64,000 nt of DNA from Candidatus Magasanikiibacteriota bacterium (GTDB taxonomy: Bacteria; Patescibacteriota; Patescibacteriia; Magasanikbacterales; GWA2-37-8): the NCBI GenBank assembly GCA_023246655.1, contig JAHFHX010000002.1, forward strand, positions 31,693-95,692. The letters run 5' to 3'. The notes below the pieces were generated by a model that searched no databases, was not told the origin of the DNA, and saw only the letters and a list, made by a program, of their open reading frames with translations. A program made the translations under genes and the position numbers. Numbering within the stretch: position 1 is the first letter of the stretch; the number at the start of each line of letters is the position of its first letter. Below are positions 9,677 to 21,717 of this stretch, one piece after another.

Positions 9677-10255
9677 TTAACGTTTGCGTTTGCTAGCGTT
9701 CACCGCATCCGGAATAAAAATAAGGGCGGCGCCGTTCATGCAGTAGCGTTTGCCGGTGGGGAGCGGGCCGTCGTCAAAGACGTGACCAAGGTGACCACCA
9801 CATTTAGATATTACCTCAACTCTGGTTTCAAAGGCAAGGGAGTGATCTTCTTTTATAACCACTGCGTCTGGTTTAATCGGCGCCCAAAAACTCGGCCAGC
9901 CGGTGCCGGAATCATATTTCTGCTCGGAGCGAAATAGTGGTTCACCACAATCGGCGCTCACGTAGGTGCCCGGACGCGTTTCAAAATCCAGGGGGCTACT
10001 AAACGGGCGCTCCGTTCCCTTTTGACGAAGAATATAATACTGCTCGGGCGTAAGTTTGCGCCGCCACTCAGCGTCGGTTATGCTGATGGTGGCAATGGGA
10101 GTGGAAGAAGCACGCATCTCGAAAGTGCTTTTACGACGAGCATCTAAATTTTGTCCGACACGAAACGCCCAACCAATTTGGCCAATCGCAAGAGCAAAGC
10201 TCAGCACTACGGTGATGACGAGGATAATGAGAATGATTTTATACGAATGGGACAT
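9677..10255 (-). CDS. msrB: Membrane-anchored MsrB lacking intact Zn CxxC pairs
   Basis: N-terminal TM; [40 protein letters not shown]. Confidence 0.95.
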   Translation of the reverse strand: MSHSYKIILIILVITVVLSFALAIGQIGWAFRVGQNLDARRKSTFEMRASSTPIATISITDAEWRRKLTPEQYYILRQKGTERPFSSPLDFETRPGTYVSADCGEPLFRSEQKYDSGTGWPSFWAPIKPDAVVIKEDHSLAFETRVEVISKCGGHLGHVFDDGPLPTGKRYCMNGAALIFIPDAVNASKRKR

Positions 10256-10295
10256 GATGTGATGGTTGGAAATTATGTAAAGAGGTCTGGCTTCT

Positions 10296-10784
10296 TTACA
10301 CATGACACGTTCCTAACCCGCGTTTGTGCAAATACTGCTGGTGATATTCTTCCGCGCGGTAGAATGGCTCGGCGGGAACAATTTGGGTGACAATTGGATT
10401 TTTGAATTTGCCGGACTTATCCATCATTTCTTTAGACGCGCGAGCCACTTGTTCTTGCTCGGGAGTGTAGAAAAAAATGACCGAGCGATATTGACTGCCA
10501 TAATCTGGTCCCTGGCGATTCATGGTGGTGGGGTTGTGGTTTTCCCAAAAAAGTTTTAATAATTGTTCATAGCTAACCCTGCTAGGATCATATGTAATGT
10601 GCACAACTTCAGCATGACCAGTATCATCGCTGCAGACATTTTCATAACTTGGATTTTTCTTGGTACCGCCCATAAAGCCTGCGGCGGTTTCTACCACACC
10701 GGGAATGACACGAAATAATTCCTCTACTCCCCAAAAACAGCCGGCGCCAAAGGTGGCTTCTTGTGACTTTATTGAATTTTCCAT
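10296..10784 (-). CDS. msrA: Peptide-methionine (S)-S-oxide reductase MsrA
   Basis: [27 protein letters not shown]. Confidence 0.97.
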   Translation of the reverse strand: MENSIKSQEATFGAGCFWGVEELFRVIPGVVETAAGFMGGTKKNPSYENVCSDDTGHAEVVHITYDPSRVSYEQLLKLFWENHNPTTMNRQGPDYGSQYRSVIFFYTPEQEQVARASKEMMDKSGKFKNPIVTQIVPAEPFYRAEEYHQQYLHKRGLGTCHV

Positions 10785-10840
10785 AAAAAATGTATATACT
10801 AGACTAAAGAAGTCAGCAAGGACCGGCTTCTGTTAAAATC

Positions 10841-10905
10841 AGTATATTATATTTAAAACTATATGTCAAGTATACTTGACATAGATAATTAATTTAAGTT
10901 ACAAT
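10841..10905. promoter_or_regulatory. Divergent promoters with -35 boxes inside a perfect 22-bp palindrome
   Basis: TATGTCAAGTATACTTGACATA at 10862-10883; TATACT on minus at 10841-10846; TACAAT on plus at 10900. Confidence 0.75.
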
Positions 10906-10930
10906 TAGTGGGCTTACACGTTTGGCATAA

Positions 10931-11052
10931 TTGTCCTCCCCTTACGAAGGGGAAGTACGGAGGGGTCAACGCTTTGTGGCGATGCAACGTAGACCACCCC
11001 ACGCCCCTTCCTTCGGCAAGCTCAGGACAGGCTCTTCTTAAGGAGGGGACAA
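10931..11052. repeat. Family B (C-rich/G-rich hairpin) element, intergenic
   Basis: TTGTCCTCCCCTT...AAGGAGGGGACAA with nested CCTTCGGCAAGCTCAGGACAGG. Confidence 0.8.
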
Positions 11053-11089
11053 ACACGAAGATCTTCATCAATTTAACTCTCAACAACTT

Positions 11090-11452
11090 ATGCAATTCAA
11101 CAAGCTCACCCCCGAAGAAGAAGCTATCATTATTCATAAAGGCACCGAACGCCGCGGCAAGGGCGAATATACTGATACATTTGTGGAAGGCACCTATGTA
11201 TGCCGTCAGTGCAATACGCCGCTCTACACCTCGGACAGCAAATTCCACTCCAATTGCGGCTGGCCAAGCTTTGACCAGGAAATTCCTGGCGCCGTTAAAC
11301 GCACACTGGATGCGGACGGCTCACGCACCGAGATTACGTGTAACGCCTGTGGCGGCCACTTGGGCCATGTGTTTGTAGGCGAAGAATATACTCCAAAAAA
11401 TACTCGCCACTGCGTAAACTCACTCTCATTAAAATTTATTCCGAAAAAATGA
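11090..11452 (+). CDS. msrB: Methionine-R-sulfoxide reductase MsrB (third copy)
   Basis: KGTE, CGWPSFD, HLGHVF, RHCVNS. Confidence 0.95.
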   Translation: MQFNKLTPEEEAIIIHKGTERRGKGEYTDTFVEGTYVCRQCNTPLYTSDSKFHSNCGWPSFDQEIPGAVKRTLDADGSRTEITCNACGGHLGHVFVGEEYTPKNTRHCVNSLSLKFIPKK

Positions 11453-11465
11453 ACACGATTTTAGT

Positions 11466-11705
11466 TTAAACCCCCAGAGCCTGATCAATTTTTACTTTGT
11501 CAAATCCTATAATAATCGTACCGTTGATATCAATAACTGGTACCCCCATCTGGCCGGATTTGTGAACCATCTCCTCAGCTTTTGTCTGATCCTCAGCTAC
11601 ATTATAATCCGTAAAGGCAATATTTTTAGATTTAAGATAATCCTTAACTTTATGACACCACGGACACACCGGCGTGGAATAAATAATCACTGACGAATTT
11701 GCCAT
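11466..11705 (-). CDS. Glutaredoxin (NrdH/YruB-like)
   Basis: YSTPVCPWC, SGQMGVPVI, IIGFD. Confidence 0.92.
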   Translation of the reverse strand: MANSSVIIYSTPVCPWCHKVKDYLKSKNIAFTDYNVAEDQTKAEEMVHKSGQMGVPVIDINGTIIIGFDKVKIDQALGV

Positions 11706-11845
11706 TGTATTTTGCATACAATACATAATTAATAATGAATTATAAATATAGTATATAATGCAATTTTAAAAAAGTCAAATTGACTTTACTCTTGCTTTAA
11801 AATACCTGTTGACAATATGCTCTGGTTCTACTACTATTTAGTAAT

Positions 11846-12058
11846 ATGAAAGAAACTATTCGTAATCGCGTCAACGAACTACGAACTGCTAATGCTATTA
11901 CCCAAGAGGTGCTCGCCGAGTCGGTGGGAGTAACCCGCCAGACTATTATTGCAATTGAAAAAGGTAATTATATCCCTTCAGTTTTATTAGCTTTAAAAAT
12001 TGCACGTTTTTTTAAGAAATCAACAGAAGATATGTTTTCTATTATTTATGAAAAATAA
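11846..12058 (+). CDS. Small XRE/Cro-family HTH transcriptional regulator
   Basis: ITQEVLAESVGVTRQTIIAIEKGNYIPSVLLALKIA. Confidence 0.93.
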   Translation: MKETIRNRVNELRTANAITQEVLAESVGVTRQTIIAIEKGNYIPSVLLALKIARFFKKSTEDMFSIIYEK

Positions 12059-12419
12059 ACGACTGTGGAATGAAGCAACTTTATCGGTTCTGCTTATTGC
12101 TCTGGCTTCCCTCTGTTTAAAACCCTTAGAACAAATGTGGATGCCGAGTATGTATTCCTCACTCATACTTATTGCTTTAGCGGTTGTTTTTATTTTCTTA
12201 GCTATTTTTATTTGGAAAGAAAATGTACGAGATGAGCGCGAAAATCAACACCGCTTAATGGCCGGCCGATTTGGTTTTTTGGTGGGGGCAGGCACGCTGG
12301 TGGCCGGGATTATCATCCAAACCCTCCATGAACAACTAGACTCATGGCTTTTGGTAGCGCTCATCGCCATGATTATTGCTAAAATTGGAGGGCATGTGTA
12401 TTACCAATCTAAAAATTAA
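12048..12419 (+). CDS. Four-TM membrane protein (DERE motif), coupled to XRE regulator
   Basis: Hydrophobic helices, RDERE motif; overlaps regulator stop. Confidence 0.75.
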   Translation: MKNKRLWNEATLSVLLIALASLCLKPLEQMWMPSMYSSLILIALAVVFIFLAIFIWKENVRDERENQHRLMAGRFGFLVGAGTLVAGIIIQTLHEQLDSWLLVALIAMIIAKIGGHVYYQSKN

Positions 12420-12443
12420 GCGCGGTGATCTTATCCACATTGC

Positions 12444-12469
12444 AAGGTGTAAAGTTTACTTTACACCTT
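12444..12469. promoter_or_regulatory. Palindromic operator
   Basis: AAGGTGTAAAGTTTACTTTACACCTT upstream of the thioredoxin-ccdA cluster. Confidence 0.75.
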
Positions 12470-12518
12470 TTTTAATTGTGATATACTACCATTCAATTAG
12501 ACTTAACTTCACAACACT

Positions 12519-13103
12519 ATGCGCAAAACATCTCGTTCGCTCGCAGCGCTGGCTGTCGCGTTCATGACGCTGGGCGCTGGCTGTGCCCAGGCTCCGCAAG
12601 CCGCAGTCCAACCGGCCGCGGAACAAACCGAAAGCACGGCGATGGAACAAACAGTGCCAGGCTCTACCGAAGGCGTGATGGAAAAAAAAACCGAAGCCAC
12701 AATGCAGCGGCAGGAACCGGCGATGGCACAATTCACCGGGACGGTGCTGGCTGGAAAATCCGTCCCGCTTTTGGACTTTAACAAAAGCGATTATGACATG
12801 GCTATAAAATCGGACAAACTCGTGGTGCTTTATTTTTACGCTTCATGGTGCCCGGAGTGCCAAATCGAGTTCCCTAAAATGCAAGCCGCGTTTAACGGGC
12901 TCACCGGCGACAAGGTGGTTGGCTTCCGCGTAAACTTTAATGATTCCGATACCGATGACACTGAACAATCCCTGGCACGCGAATTTGGTGTGGCCTACCA
13001 GCATACCAAAGTGTTTGTGAAAAATGGGACGCGTGTCCTTAAGGCACCGGATTCGTGGGATACGGAGCGGTATATGACTGAAATCGCGAAAGCGATACAA
13101 TAA
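12519..13103 (+). CDS. TlpA/thioredoxin-like lipoprotein
   Basis: Lipobox-like LGAGC; YFYASWCPEC. Confidence 0.88.
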   Translation: MRKTSRSLAALAVAFMTLGAGCAQAPQAAVQPAAEQTESTAMEQTVPGSTEGVMEKKTEATMQRQEPAMAQFTGTVLAGKSVPLLDFNKSDYDMAIKSDKLVVLYFYASWCPECQIEFPKMQAAFNGLTGDKVVGFRVNFNDSDTDDTEQSLAREFGVAYQHTKVFVKNGTRVLKAPDSWDTERYMTEIAKAIQ

Positions 13104-13108
13104 TTTTG

Positions 13109-13221
13109 TGTCATTGCGAGCGAAACGGAGAGTGAAGCGAAGCAATCTCCCTGTTTAAGTAATTCTCAAATCCAGGGGATTGCCACGTCGTTCGCCGCGA
13201 GGCTCACTCCTCGCAATGACA
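13109..13221. repeat. Family A palindromic element, intergenic
   Basis: TGTCATTGCGAG...CTCGCAATGACA. Confidence 0.93.
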
Positions 13222-13257
13222 CACTACCACCTACAACCTAATTCTTAATTCCTCATT

Positions 13258-13968
13258 ATGTCCCCCACCAACCTCATTTTCTCTTTCACCGCCGGGCTCG
13301 TGTCGTTTTTGGCGCCGTGCGTCCTCCCCATTATTCCGGGCTTTTTGGCCTACCTCGCGGGGGCGTCCTTGGCGGACAGCACGGGGTCAAAGCGCAAAGA
13401 CGTGTTTATCAATAGCGTATTTTTTGTGCTGGGATTTTCGCTGGTATTTGCGGCACTCGGAGTGCTTTTGAATTCGGTACTGGAACGGGTGGCGTATGAT
13501 GTGCAAATTTGGCTGGGGCGCGTTGGGGGCCTCATTATTATTTTCTTTGGGCTGTATTTGACGGGGCTTATTAAAATTGGATTTTTAGAGAAAGAGTATA
13601 AGTTTAAAGTCACCACGAAATTCAAATCAAAATATCTTACGTCGCTTTTGTTTGGCGCGGCGTTTGCAGCCGGGTGGACGCCGTGCGTGGGGGCGGTCTT
13701 GGGCGGCATTCTGGCGCTCGCAGCCTCACAGCCCGGCTCGGCTTTTGCTCTCCTGCTTTCGTATTCACTAGGCCTGGGAGTACCCTTTCTGATTGTGGGG
13801 TTATTTGCCGCGCCAGCTTCGCGCCTCATCAATCGTTACGCCGGCGCCCTTAAGTACGTTAACTTTATCTTTGGGCTCATCCTCATCGCACTCGGAGTTT
13901 TGATTTTTACGAACAGTTTAAGTTTGGTTGCGAACTTTTCTTTGTTGAATAAGTTTTTGTTGAAATAA
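13258..13968 (+). CDS. ccdA: Cytochrome c biogenesis/DsbD-type membrane protein CcdA
   Basis: SFLAPCVLP and GWTPCVG motifs, six TMs. Confidence 0.93.
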   Translation: MSPTNLIFSFTAGLVSFLAPCVLPIIPGFLAYLAGASLADSTGSKRKDVFINSVFFVLGFSLVFAALGVLLNSVLERVAYDVQIWLGRVGGLIIIFFGLYLTGLIKIGFLEKEYKFKVTTKFKSKYLTSLLFGAAFAAGWTPCVGAVLGGILALAASQPGSAFALLLSYSLGLGVPFLIVGLFAAPASRLINRYAGALKYVNFIFGLILIALGVLIFTNSLSLVANFSLLNKFLLK

Positions 13969-13991
13969 TTAATCTTATAATCTTTCGTCTT

Positions 13992-15244
13992 ATGTTCTCT
14001 AGCCGACAAGTTACCTTCATCGTTCTCATTGGCGCTATCATCGCCGCGATTGCCTATCTGCAATTCCGTCAGCCGGTACGTCGCATTACTTCGTCGGCGC
14101 CTTCAATCGCGGTTGACCCGTACGCCAACCAACCTCCCCAACACCAACTGAAGAGGTGACTACGACCGCGCCAGAAAATGGCGCGATGATGAAAAAAGAA
14201 ACTCTCATCGTTAAACCAGCGATTAAACCAGCGGCTCAACCAGTGGCACCAACCCCTCAGGTATTGGTGAATAAAGCTAATAAATATCCAGCTGCCCGTG
14301 AGCTCGTGAGCCCAAGCGGATTTATTAATACGCCGCCGTTCACTCTCAAGAACCTGGTGGGCAAGAAAGTAATTCTCGTGGATTTTTGGACCTACAGTTG
14401 CATCAACTGTCAACGGACGCTCCCCTACCTTAACGCTTGGTACGATAAGTATAAAAACAAAGGATTGGAGATTGTGAGCATTCACACCCCGGAATTTGAT
14501 TTTGAGAAAAAATACGACAATGTGCAGGCGGCAGTACAAAAATACGGCATCAAATATCCAGTTGTAATGGATAACGATTATGCCACTTGGGACGCGTATC
14601 AAAATCGCTACTGGCCGCGCAAATATCTGGTGGATGTGGACGGCTACATTGTGTATGATCACATCGGCGAGGGCGGTTACGAAGAAACCGAGGCCAAAAT
14701 TCAGGAGCTCTTGGAAGAAAAAATGGCGCGCGAAGGCAAAAAAGATACGGTGGTGGACGGCTATGTAAAACCCTCCGGCGCCGTGACGATTGAAGCGGGA
14801 AGCCCGGAGACCTACTTTGGTTCCGCGCGCAATACCTACCTCGCGAACGGGGACGCGGGCAAGGCTGGCGAACAAAAGCTGACTGAACCATCCAACCTGA
14901 ATTTAAACGAGCTCAACCTCGCTGGCACCTGGAACTTTGCCCCCGAGTATGCCGAAAACACCACCGCCGGCGCTAAAATTATCTATCGCTACCAAGCAAA
15001 GGGCGTGTACTTGGTAGGCAGCGCAGTGAACGGCGTCCGGGCGCGCGTGCTACGCGACGGCAAACCGTTGACGAGTGCTGAAGCCGGCGAAGATGTCATT
15101 CTCAAAGACGGCCAAAGCTATGTGACGTTTAAGGAAGATCGCCTCTATAAAATTATCCAAGACAAAAACGGCGCCGGCGAACATACGCTTGAAATTATTA
15201 TTGAAGCGCCCGGCCTTAAAGCATTCGCGTTTACGTTTGGATGA
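13992..15244 (+). CDS. DipZ-like redoxin protein; N-terminal anchor (ATG 13992) out of frame with catalytic ORF (frameshift near 14115)
   Basis: DFWTYSCINC, IHTPEF, NRYWP, GEGGY, AFTFG C-terminus; TM-encoding frame 13992-14159. Confidence 0.85.
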
Positions 15245-15300
15245 ATGAATTTAGATAGATCCGCCTGCCAGCAGGCAGTGAGTGAAGATCAAAAGTTACC

Positions 15301-15329
15301 AAAGACGCCCACTGTGGAGGGCGTCTTTT
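15301..15329. terminator. Bidirectional terminator
   Basis: AAAGACGCCC...GGGCGTCTTT between convergent genes. Confidence 0.75.
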
Positions 15330-15349
15330 AATTTATTATTGCGATATTT

Positions 15350-17050
15350 CTACATCCCTTCCGCCGGCGTACACACCCCACCCAGTGCAACTGTTCCCTG
15401 TGGGCACACACAAGCGTTGCCATTCCATACAAAGGTGGCGGAACAGCTTTGCGGTGTTTCAGGACTCGCCGCTTTGAACCGGAGAGGTATAAACTCTGAT
15501 CTAACTAGAAATTCAGACTTGCTGGTATAACCGGAGGCGGCGCGGCCATCATTGGCTTTGGCTTCGATATACCAGGCATAATTACTGTCCCACTTGAGAT
15601 TACCGGCTGGAACCGTTGCCCAACTACAAACCCAGTGATTGGCGGCATCGGTACAATTTTTATCGACAGTTTCGCCTTTGTCCCAATCGCGTTCCCAAAC
15701 TTTTTGATTGGAGTCAGTATCGATAACGTACCAACGAAAGTAGGCTTTAATATTTTGGGGATAGGTCCAGATTAAGACTGGGTTCAAGGTATTAACCGTA
15801 ACGCTGTCGGTTGGGCTCGTAATGGTTGGTTTCGGGGCCTTGGCGGCTTCACAGCGCTGAATGGGCTCGGGTTGGTTTTGTTGGAGAATAATTACCCATT
15901 CACAGCCCATGAGATTGGCTTGACAATCAAACTTGTCGGTGAGTCGTTCACACTGCTTGTAGAAGCATTTACCCTCTCGTTTGGGATTATCAATGTCTTT
16001 TGGATCAGTCCATTTCCATTCACAGATGGGGGCAACGTTGCAAAAATCTTCCTTGACAATATCTTTACAGTTGGGAAGAGGTTTATCTTTACCCGGGTTC
16101 CAAGTGGCGGTGTTATTATTGGTGTTGTTCTCTTGGGTAATGCTTTTGATGGTCATGCCGAGGGAGAAGATGTCGTTTTTCCTGCCCGGTATGCGCCAAC
16201 TTTGGTAGGTAATTCCCCCAGCTGAGAGCGAGATATTAACAGAACTAGAAACAATCATGCTCTTCGGTGGGGTGGAAAGGTCAGAGCGAATGAGGACGTT
16301 TTCAAAACCACCTTTGGCTTCGGCTTTGCCGTTGTTATTAACACTGTAGATAACCAGAGTTTCGTTGGTCATGCGAGGGAGAAGGAAAACATCCCCAAAA
16401 GCAAGGTCGGGAGCGGGAGGGGCAATCTCAACGAAAAGAGGTTTGAGTTCTATTGGCTTAAGCATCATAACTTTGGGTTTACCTGGGACGGTGAAACACC
16501 CACCAATCAATCTCCAACTACAATCATTCCTGAGAATACAAACATTTTTATCGGAGAGTTTTTCACAGGCCGTATTCTGGGCCACTTCCAAAATAGTGCT
16601 GTTGTTATTTTCATCCCTTTCTATCACTTGGTTATTGCTGTCTACCAATATACTCACCTGCTGAACAGTGCCGACACTGTTAACCAATTTTTGAGAAAAA
16701 ACTGGAGTGTAGAAAACTTCTCTGCCAGCCTCAAAACCATCAACTTCAATTTTACTAATAAATACGGTGTTTTTATCACCCTGTAAAATGGTTTTGAGCG
16801 TAAAGGAAGTGGTAGGCAGATTGCCATCATTGCGCGCTTTAAAATTAACTACCATATCACCATTTTTATTGATGAGGAGGCTGACATTTTTGTCTACCAA
16901 TAAATCGGCTTGAAAGGCGAAAATTTTTTTGGTTTGGAACTGCATTTTTTGTACGGCTCTGGCCGTGTTGGTCATCCCCAATCCGAAAATAACTCCACAC
17001 AAAACTATCAAGCTAATTCGCCAGACATAATTGTGAATAGTGGTACGCAT
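15350..17050 (-). CDS. Secreted protein with CARDB-like Ig domains and Cys-rich modules
   Basis: Signal peptide; DSNNQVIERDENNN; repeated C..C..C.W units; C-terminal CVCPQG..C. Confidence 0.75.
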   Translation of the reverse strand: MRTTIHNYVWRISLIVLCGVIFGLGMTNTARAVQKMQFQTKKIFAFQADLLVDKNVSLLINKNGDMVVNFKARNDGNLPTTSFTLKTILQGDKNTVFISKIEVDGFEAGREVFYTPVFSQKLVNSVGTVQQVSILVDSNNQVIERDENNNSTILEVAQNTACEKLSDKNVCILRNDCSWRLIGGCFTVPGKPKVMMLKPIELKPLFVEIAPPAPDLAFGDVFLLPRMTNETLVIYSVNNNGKAEAKGGFENVLIRSDLSTPPKSMIVSSSVNISLSAGGITYQSWRIPGRKNDIFSLGMTIKSITQENNTNNNTATWNPGKDKPLPNCKDIVKEDFCNVAPICEWKWTDPKDIDNPKREGKCFYKQCERLTDKFDCQANLMGCEWVIILQQNQPEPIQRCEAAKAPKPTITSPTDSVTVNTLNPVLIWTYPQNIKAYFRWYVIDTDSNQKVWERDWDKGETVDKNCTDAANHWVCSWATVPAGNLKWDSNYAWYIEAKANDGRAASGYTSKSEFLVRSEFIPLRFKAASPETPQSCSATFVWNGNACVCPQGTVALGGVCTPAEGM

Positions 17051-17073
17051 ACAAGAAAAAATGTAAAAAATAA

Positions 17074-19392
17074 TTACTGATTCTGAATATCAATAGTGAC
17101 TTCGGTCATATTCTGAGCTTCGCTCTTGGAAATTTTAATCTGATAGGTTTTTTCTTGTTGTGCTTTGAGACCAACTTTTTCACTAACCGCATATTGTTTG
17201 AGCTGGCCTTGAGGAGAATTGAGAGAAACCGTGGCATTAAAGCCGGCCGTTGGTAATAATAGACTATCGTTCTTTACCGAAAATACTAACCGATACTCAA
17301 AACCTTTGCCCTTACCAACAGGGACAACCTTTCTCGCGACATGAGGGGTTTGGTTAATCACCACGCCTCCATCGAGTGAGATCTCAAAAACATTATTATT
17401 CTCGTCGCTTTCGAATACCTGATCGACAGAATCAATTTTAACTCTCACTTTAGATACCGTATCACCCGCTTGCTTCAATGCTTCCAGTACATTGCTAACC
17501 GGCATATAAAAAATTTCTGGTTGGAGCTGGTTATGCCCGCGCACCTCTTTAGCACAAAATTTTGGCTTCGGATTTCCTAAGTAGTCGGTATAGTCCACCA
17601 CCTTGCCATCCTTAAGCACAAATTCTACGCTACAGTATACCCTTCCAAGGATGGGAAAAGGAAAGGTGCTCGAAAAACTCACTTCCGATACGGAGGGAGG
17701 CCCGGCATGCTTGAACAAATCAACTCCCAGTATTTTAAAGTCTCCTGGCACCGGCACCTCAACCATATTATTCTCCGGGTGCTTATCCTCGGCGTAGGTT
17801 TTTACATTAACTGAAAACCGAACGCTTTTTACTTGACCGCGGGTTTTTTGGAGGGCCAGCGGCAAATTAGGCACTTTGATGTACAATGGTTTCTTAAAGG
17901 GAAGATTTGGATAATAATTGGTGGGCACATTGCGGTAAATACATTCTTTTTGTTTATCTTTATCTAAGTAGTTTATATAATCAGCGGTTCTACCGTCATT
18001 AAACATAAGCTGCGCGTCACATTTTACCCATTCTAATGGGTACGGAAAAGAATTAGTAAAAGCAATCTCCGAAGATGGTTCGGCATCCGGTCCTTTAAAT
18101 AAATCTACTTCCACTACTTCCAAATCTCCCGTCAGGGGAATTTCAATAACATTATTATTTTCATTGGTTTCACTTACACTGTCCTCTTCAGTTCCATCCG
18201 ACTGTTTAATTTTTGGATCAATGGTAAATCGCATTTTAGCGGCAACACCGCTCATTACTTTTAACGCCTCGCCAAATCTAGGAACAATCAGCGTTAACCG
18301 ATCGGGGTTAACAATCATGCCGCTACAAGCGTTATACAAAAATTTATCAACTAGTACCTCCGCGTAATTTCTAATTTTGCCATCAGCATACACAAACTCA
18401 GCCTTACAACTGAGGCCTCGAGGAATGGGAAACGTACTCTCTACAGTAATTTTGGCTGATTTCTGAAAAGCTTTGTCAATAATACCCTCAGTCTCCACTT
18501 TTACTAATTTAAAATCACCTGTTGTGGATATTTCATACCCATTGTTGGTTTCGTCACTTTCAAATACCATGTTAGTATCATCGATAGTAAACTTAATTTT
18601 AGTAGCATGGCCGCCTATATTCCCGCCGAGGAGTAGGTTAGGGAGATAGCGAACGTAAAAATAGATTTCTTTGGGATTACTGCTGTCGACAATACACTTT
18701 GCTTCTTTTTTTAATGATAACCCCTCTACCGTGGTCATGCCGCCAAATAAGGAAGCGTAATTAACCACGGTAGTGGTTGTCATACCACCAAGTTTTTGGG
18801 AATATTTGTAGACGGACTCAATTTCTACTTTGCAGGTTACATTTTGATTGATAGGCTCCCCAAACGTGCTGGCAACCGTAATTTTTCCGGCGGGAATAGG
18901 TTTATTAGTGGTATTATCGGTATTCCACAATTCTACCCGCTTAATTGATAAATCACCGGCGTAGCTTACCGAGCGATTATCGTTTTCATCACTTTCGGTA
19001 ATGGCGTCCAGGTTGTCGGCTTTTATTTCAATACGGGCCACATCTTTATAGGCAGCGGCTACGTTCCGAGTAACAGCTCGCTGAGCGTTAACCTTAAGAC
19101 TCCCCACTTTTTCCGTGAAAACAATATTCTTGCCATTCCTTAAAACAACCGTTTCGGCAACCTGAAAAGCGGTAGCATCAAAGTCGGTGCTCGAAAGAAT
19201 ATAACTATAGGTAAATGATGGGTCATTAAGATTTACAACCGCGCTTTTTACTCCTTGAGAGAAGACAATATTAGGAAATTTTTGTTGTTTTTCAGCCACT
19301 TCGCCTTTTTTAGGCGCGGCCATGGCTGGTACAACACTTAAAAAAAGAGCCACAATAATAGCCGCGGGAAATGATTTTTTTATAGTGCGCAT
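17074..19392 (-). CDS. Secreted protein with tandem CARDB-like repeats
   Basis: Signal peptide (AMA); repeated ESDE.NN motifs followed by GD(L/F). Confidence 0.78.
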   Translation of the reverse strand: MRTIKKSFPAAIIVALFLSVVPAMAAPKKGEVAEKQQKFPNIVFSQGVKSAVVNLNDPSFTYSYILSSTDFDATAFQVAETVVLRNGKNIVFTEKVGSLKVNAQRAVTRNVAAAYKDVARIEIKADNLDAITESDENDNRSVSYAGDLSIKRVELWNTDNTTNKPIPAGKITVASTFGEPINQNVTCKVEIESVYKYSQKLGGMTTTTVVNYASLFGGMTTVEGLSLKKEAKCIVDSSNPKEIYFYVRYLPNLLLGGNIGGHATKIKFTIDDTNMVFESDETNNGYEISTTGDFKLVKVETEGIIDKAFQKSAKITVESTFPIPRGLSCKAEFVYADGKIRNYAEVLVDKFLYNACSGMIVNPDRLTLIVPRFGEALKVMSGVAAKMRFTIDPKIKQSDGTEEDSVSETNENNNVIEIPLTGDLEVVEVDLFKGPDAEPSSEIAFTNSFPYPLEWVKCDAQLMFNDGRTADYINYLDKDKQKECIYRNVPTNYYPNLPFKKPLYIKVPNLPLALQKTRGQVKSVRFSVNVKTYAEDKHPENNMVEVPVPGDFKILGVDLFKHAGPPSVSEVSFSSTFPFPILGRVYCSVEFVLKDGKVVDYTDYLGNPKPKFCAKEVRGHNQLQPEIFYMPVSNVLEALKQAGDTVSKVRVKIDSVDQVFESDENNNVFEISLDGGVVINQTPHVARKVVPVGKGKGFEYRLVFSVKNDSLLLPTAGFNATVSLNSPQGQLKQYAVSEKVGLKAQQEKTYQIKISKSEAQNMTEVTIDIQNQ

Positions 19393-19622
19393 AAATTTAG
19401 TCTAACAACAGAAATATAAACCCTTATTTATAATACCATACACCTGCTAAAATAATGAAGTCACTTGGGGACTTTTTCCAATTTCTTAGCCAAATTGTAC
19501 GATATAGTATCAGACGTATAAAGAGGCTTTTTCTTACTTCAAAGGGAAATAAAAAAACGCCCCAACTGACTCGGGACGTCTTTTTTTGCTTAGTACTTAG
19601 AACTTATTTGCTTAGTACTGGT

Positions 19623-21296
<1,674 letters not shown>

Positions 21297-21304
21297 TTAG
21301 AAAT

Positions 21305-21409
21305 TGTCATTCCGAGGAGCGAGGAACAAGTGACGTGGCGATCTCCCCGACATGAGACATCGACGGGGAGATTGCTTCGTCGTCGTGCGAGCTCCTTCTC
21401 GCAATGACA
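21305..21409. repeat. Family A palindromic element between groES and groEL
   Basis: TGTCATTCCGAGGAG...CTCGCAATGACA. Confidence 0.9.
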
Positions 21410-21410
21410 G

Positions 21411-21689
21411 TTATTTGACGACAGCAAGAATATCCCCTTGCGACACAATCTTATATTCCTCTTTCTCGAGTTCGACCTTATCCCCCCCCCAGCTCTTGAG
21501 CAAAACTACATCGCCTGCCTTTACATCCATTGCTTGGCGCTTGCCATCATCCATCATTTTGCCAGGGCCGACTGCTACGACTTCGGCTTCGGGCAACTCT
21601 TTTTCATTGGTGAGAATGATGCCGGATTTAGTTTTTTCCTCTTTTTTTTGTTTGACGAGAACGTTATCTCCGAGTGGTTGTATATTCAT
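21411..21689 (-). CDS. groS: Co-chaperonin GroES
   Basis: IQPLGDNVLV, TKSGIIL, VVAVGPG, DILAVV. Confidence 0.98.
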   Translation of the reverse strand: MNIQPLGDNVLVKQKKEEKTKSGIILTNEKELPEAEVVAVGPGKMMDDGKRQAMDVKAGDVVLLKSWGGDKVELEKEEYKIVSQGDILAVVK

Positions 21690-21717
21690 AAATTTAAAAA
21701 ATATTTAATTGTTAAAA

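Noticed and set aside
7480-14159. Alternative genetic code to explain broken genes
   Set aside because: The breaks are frame changes, and TGA, TAA and TAG all terminate conserved genes normally.
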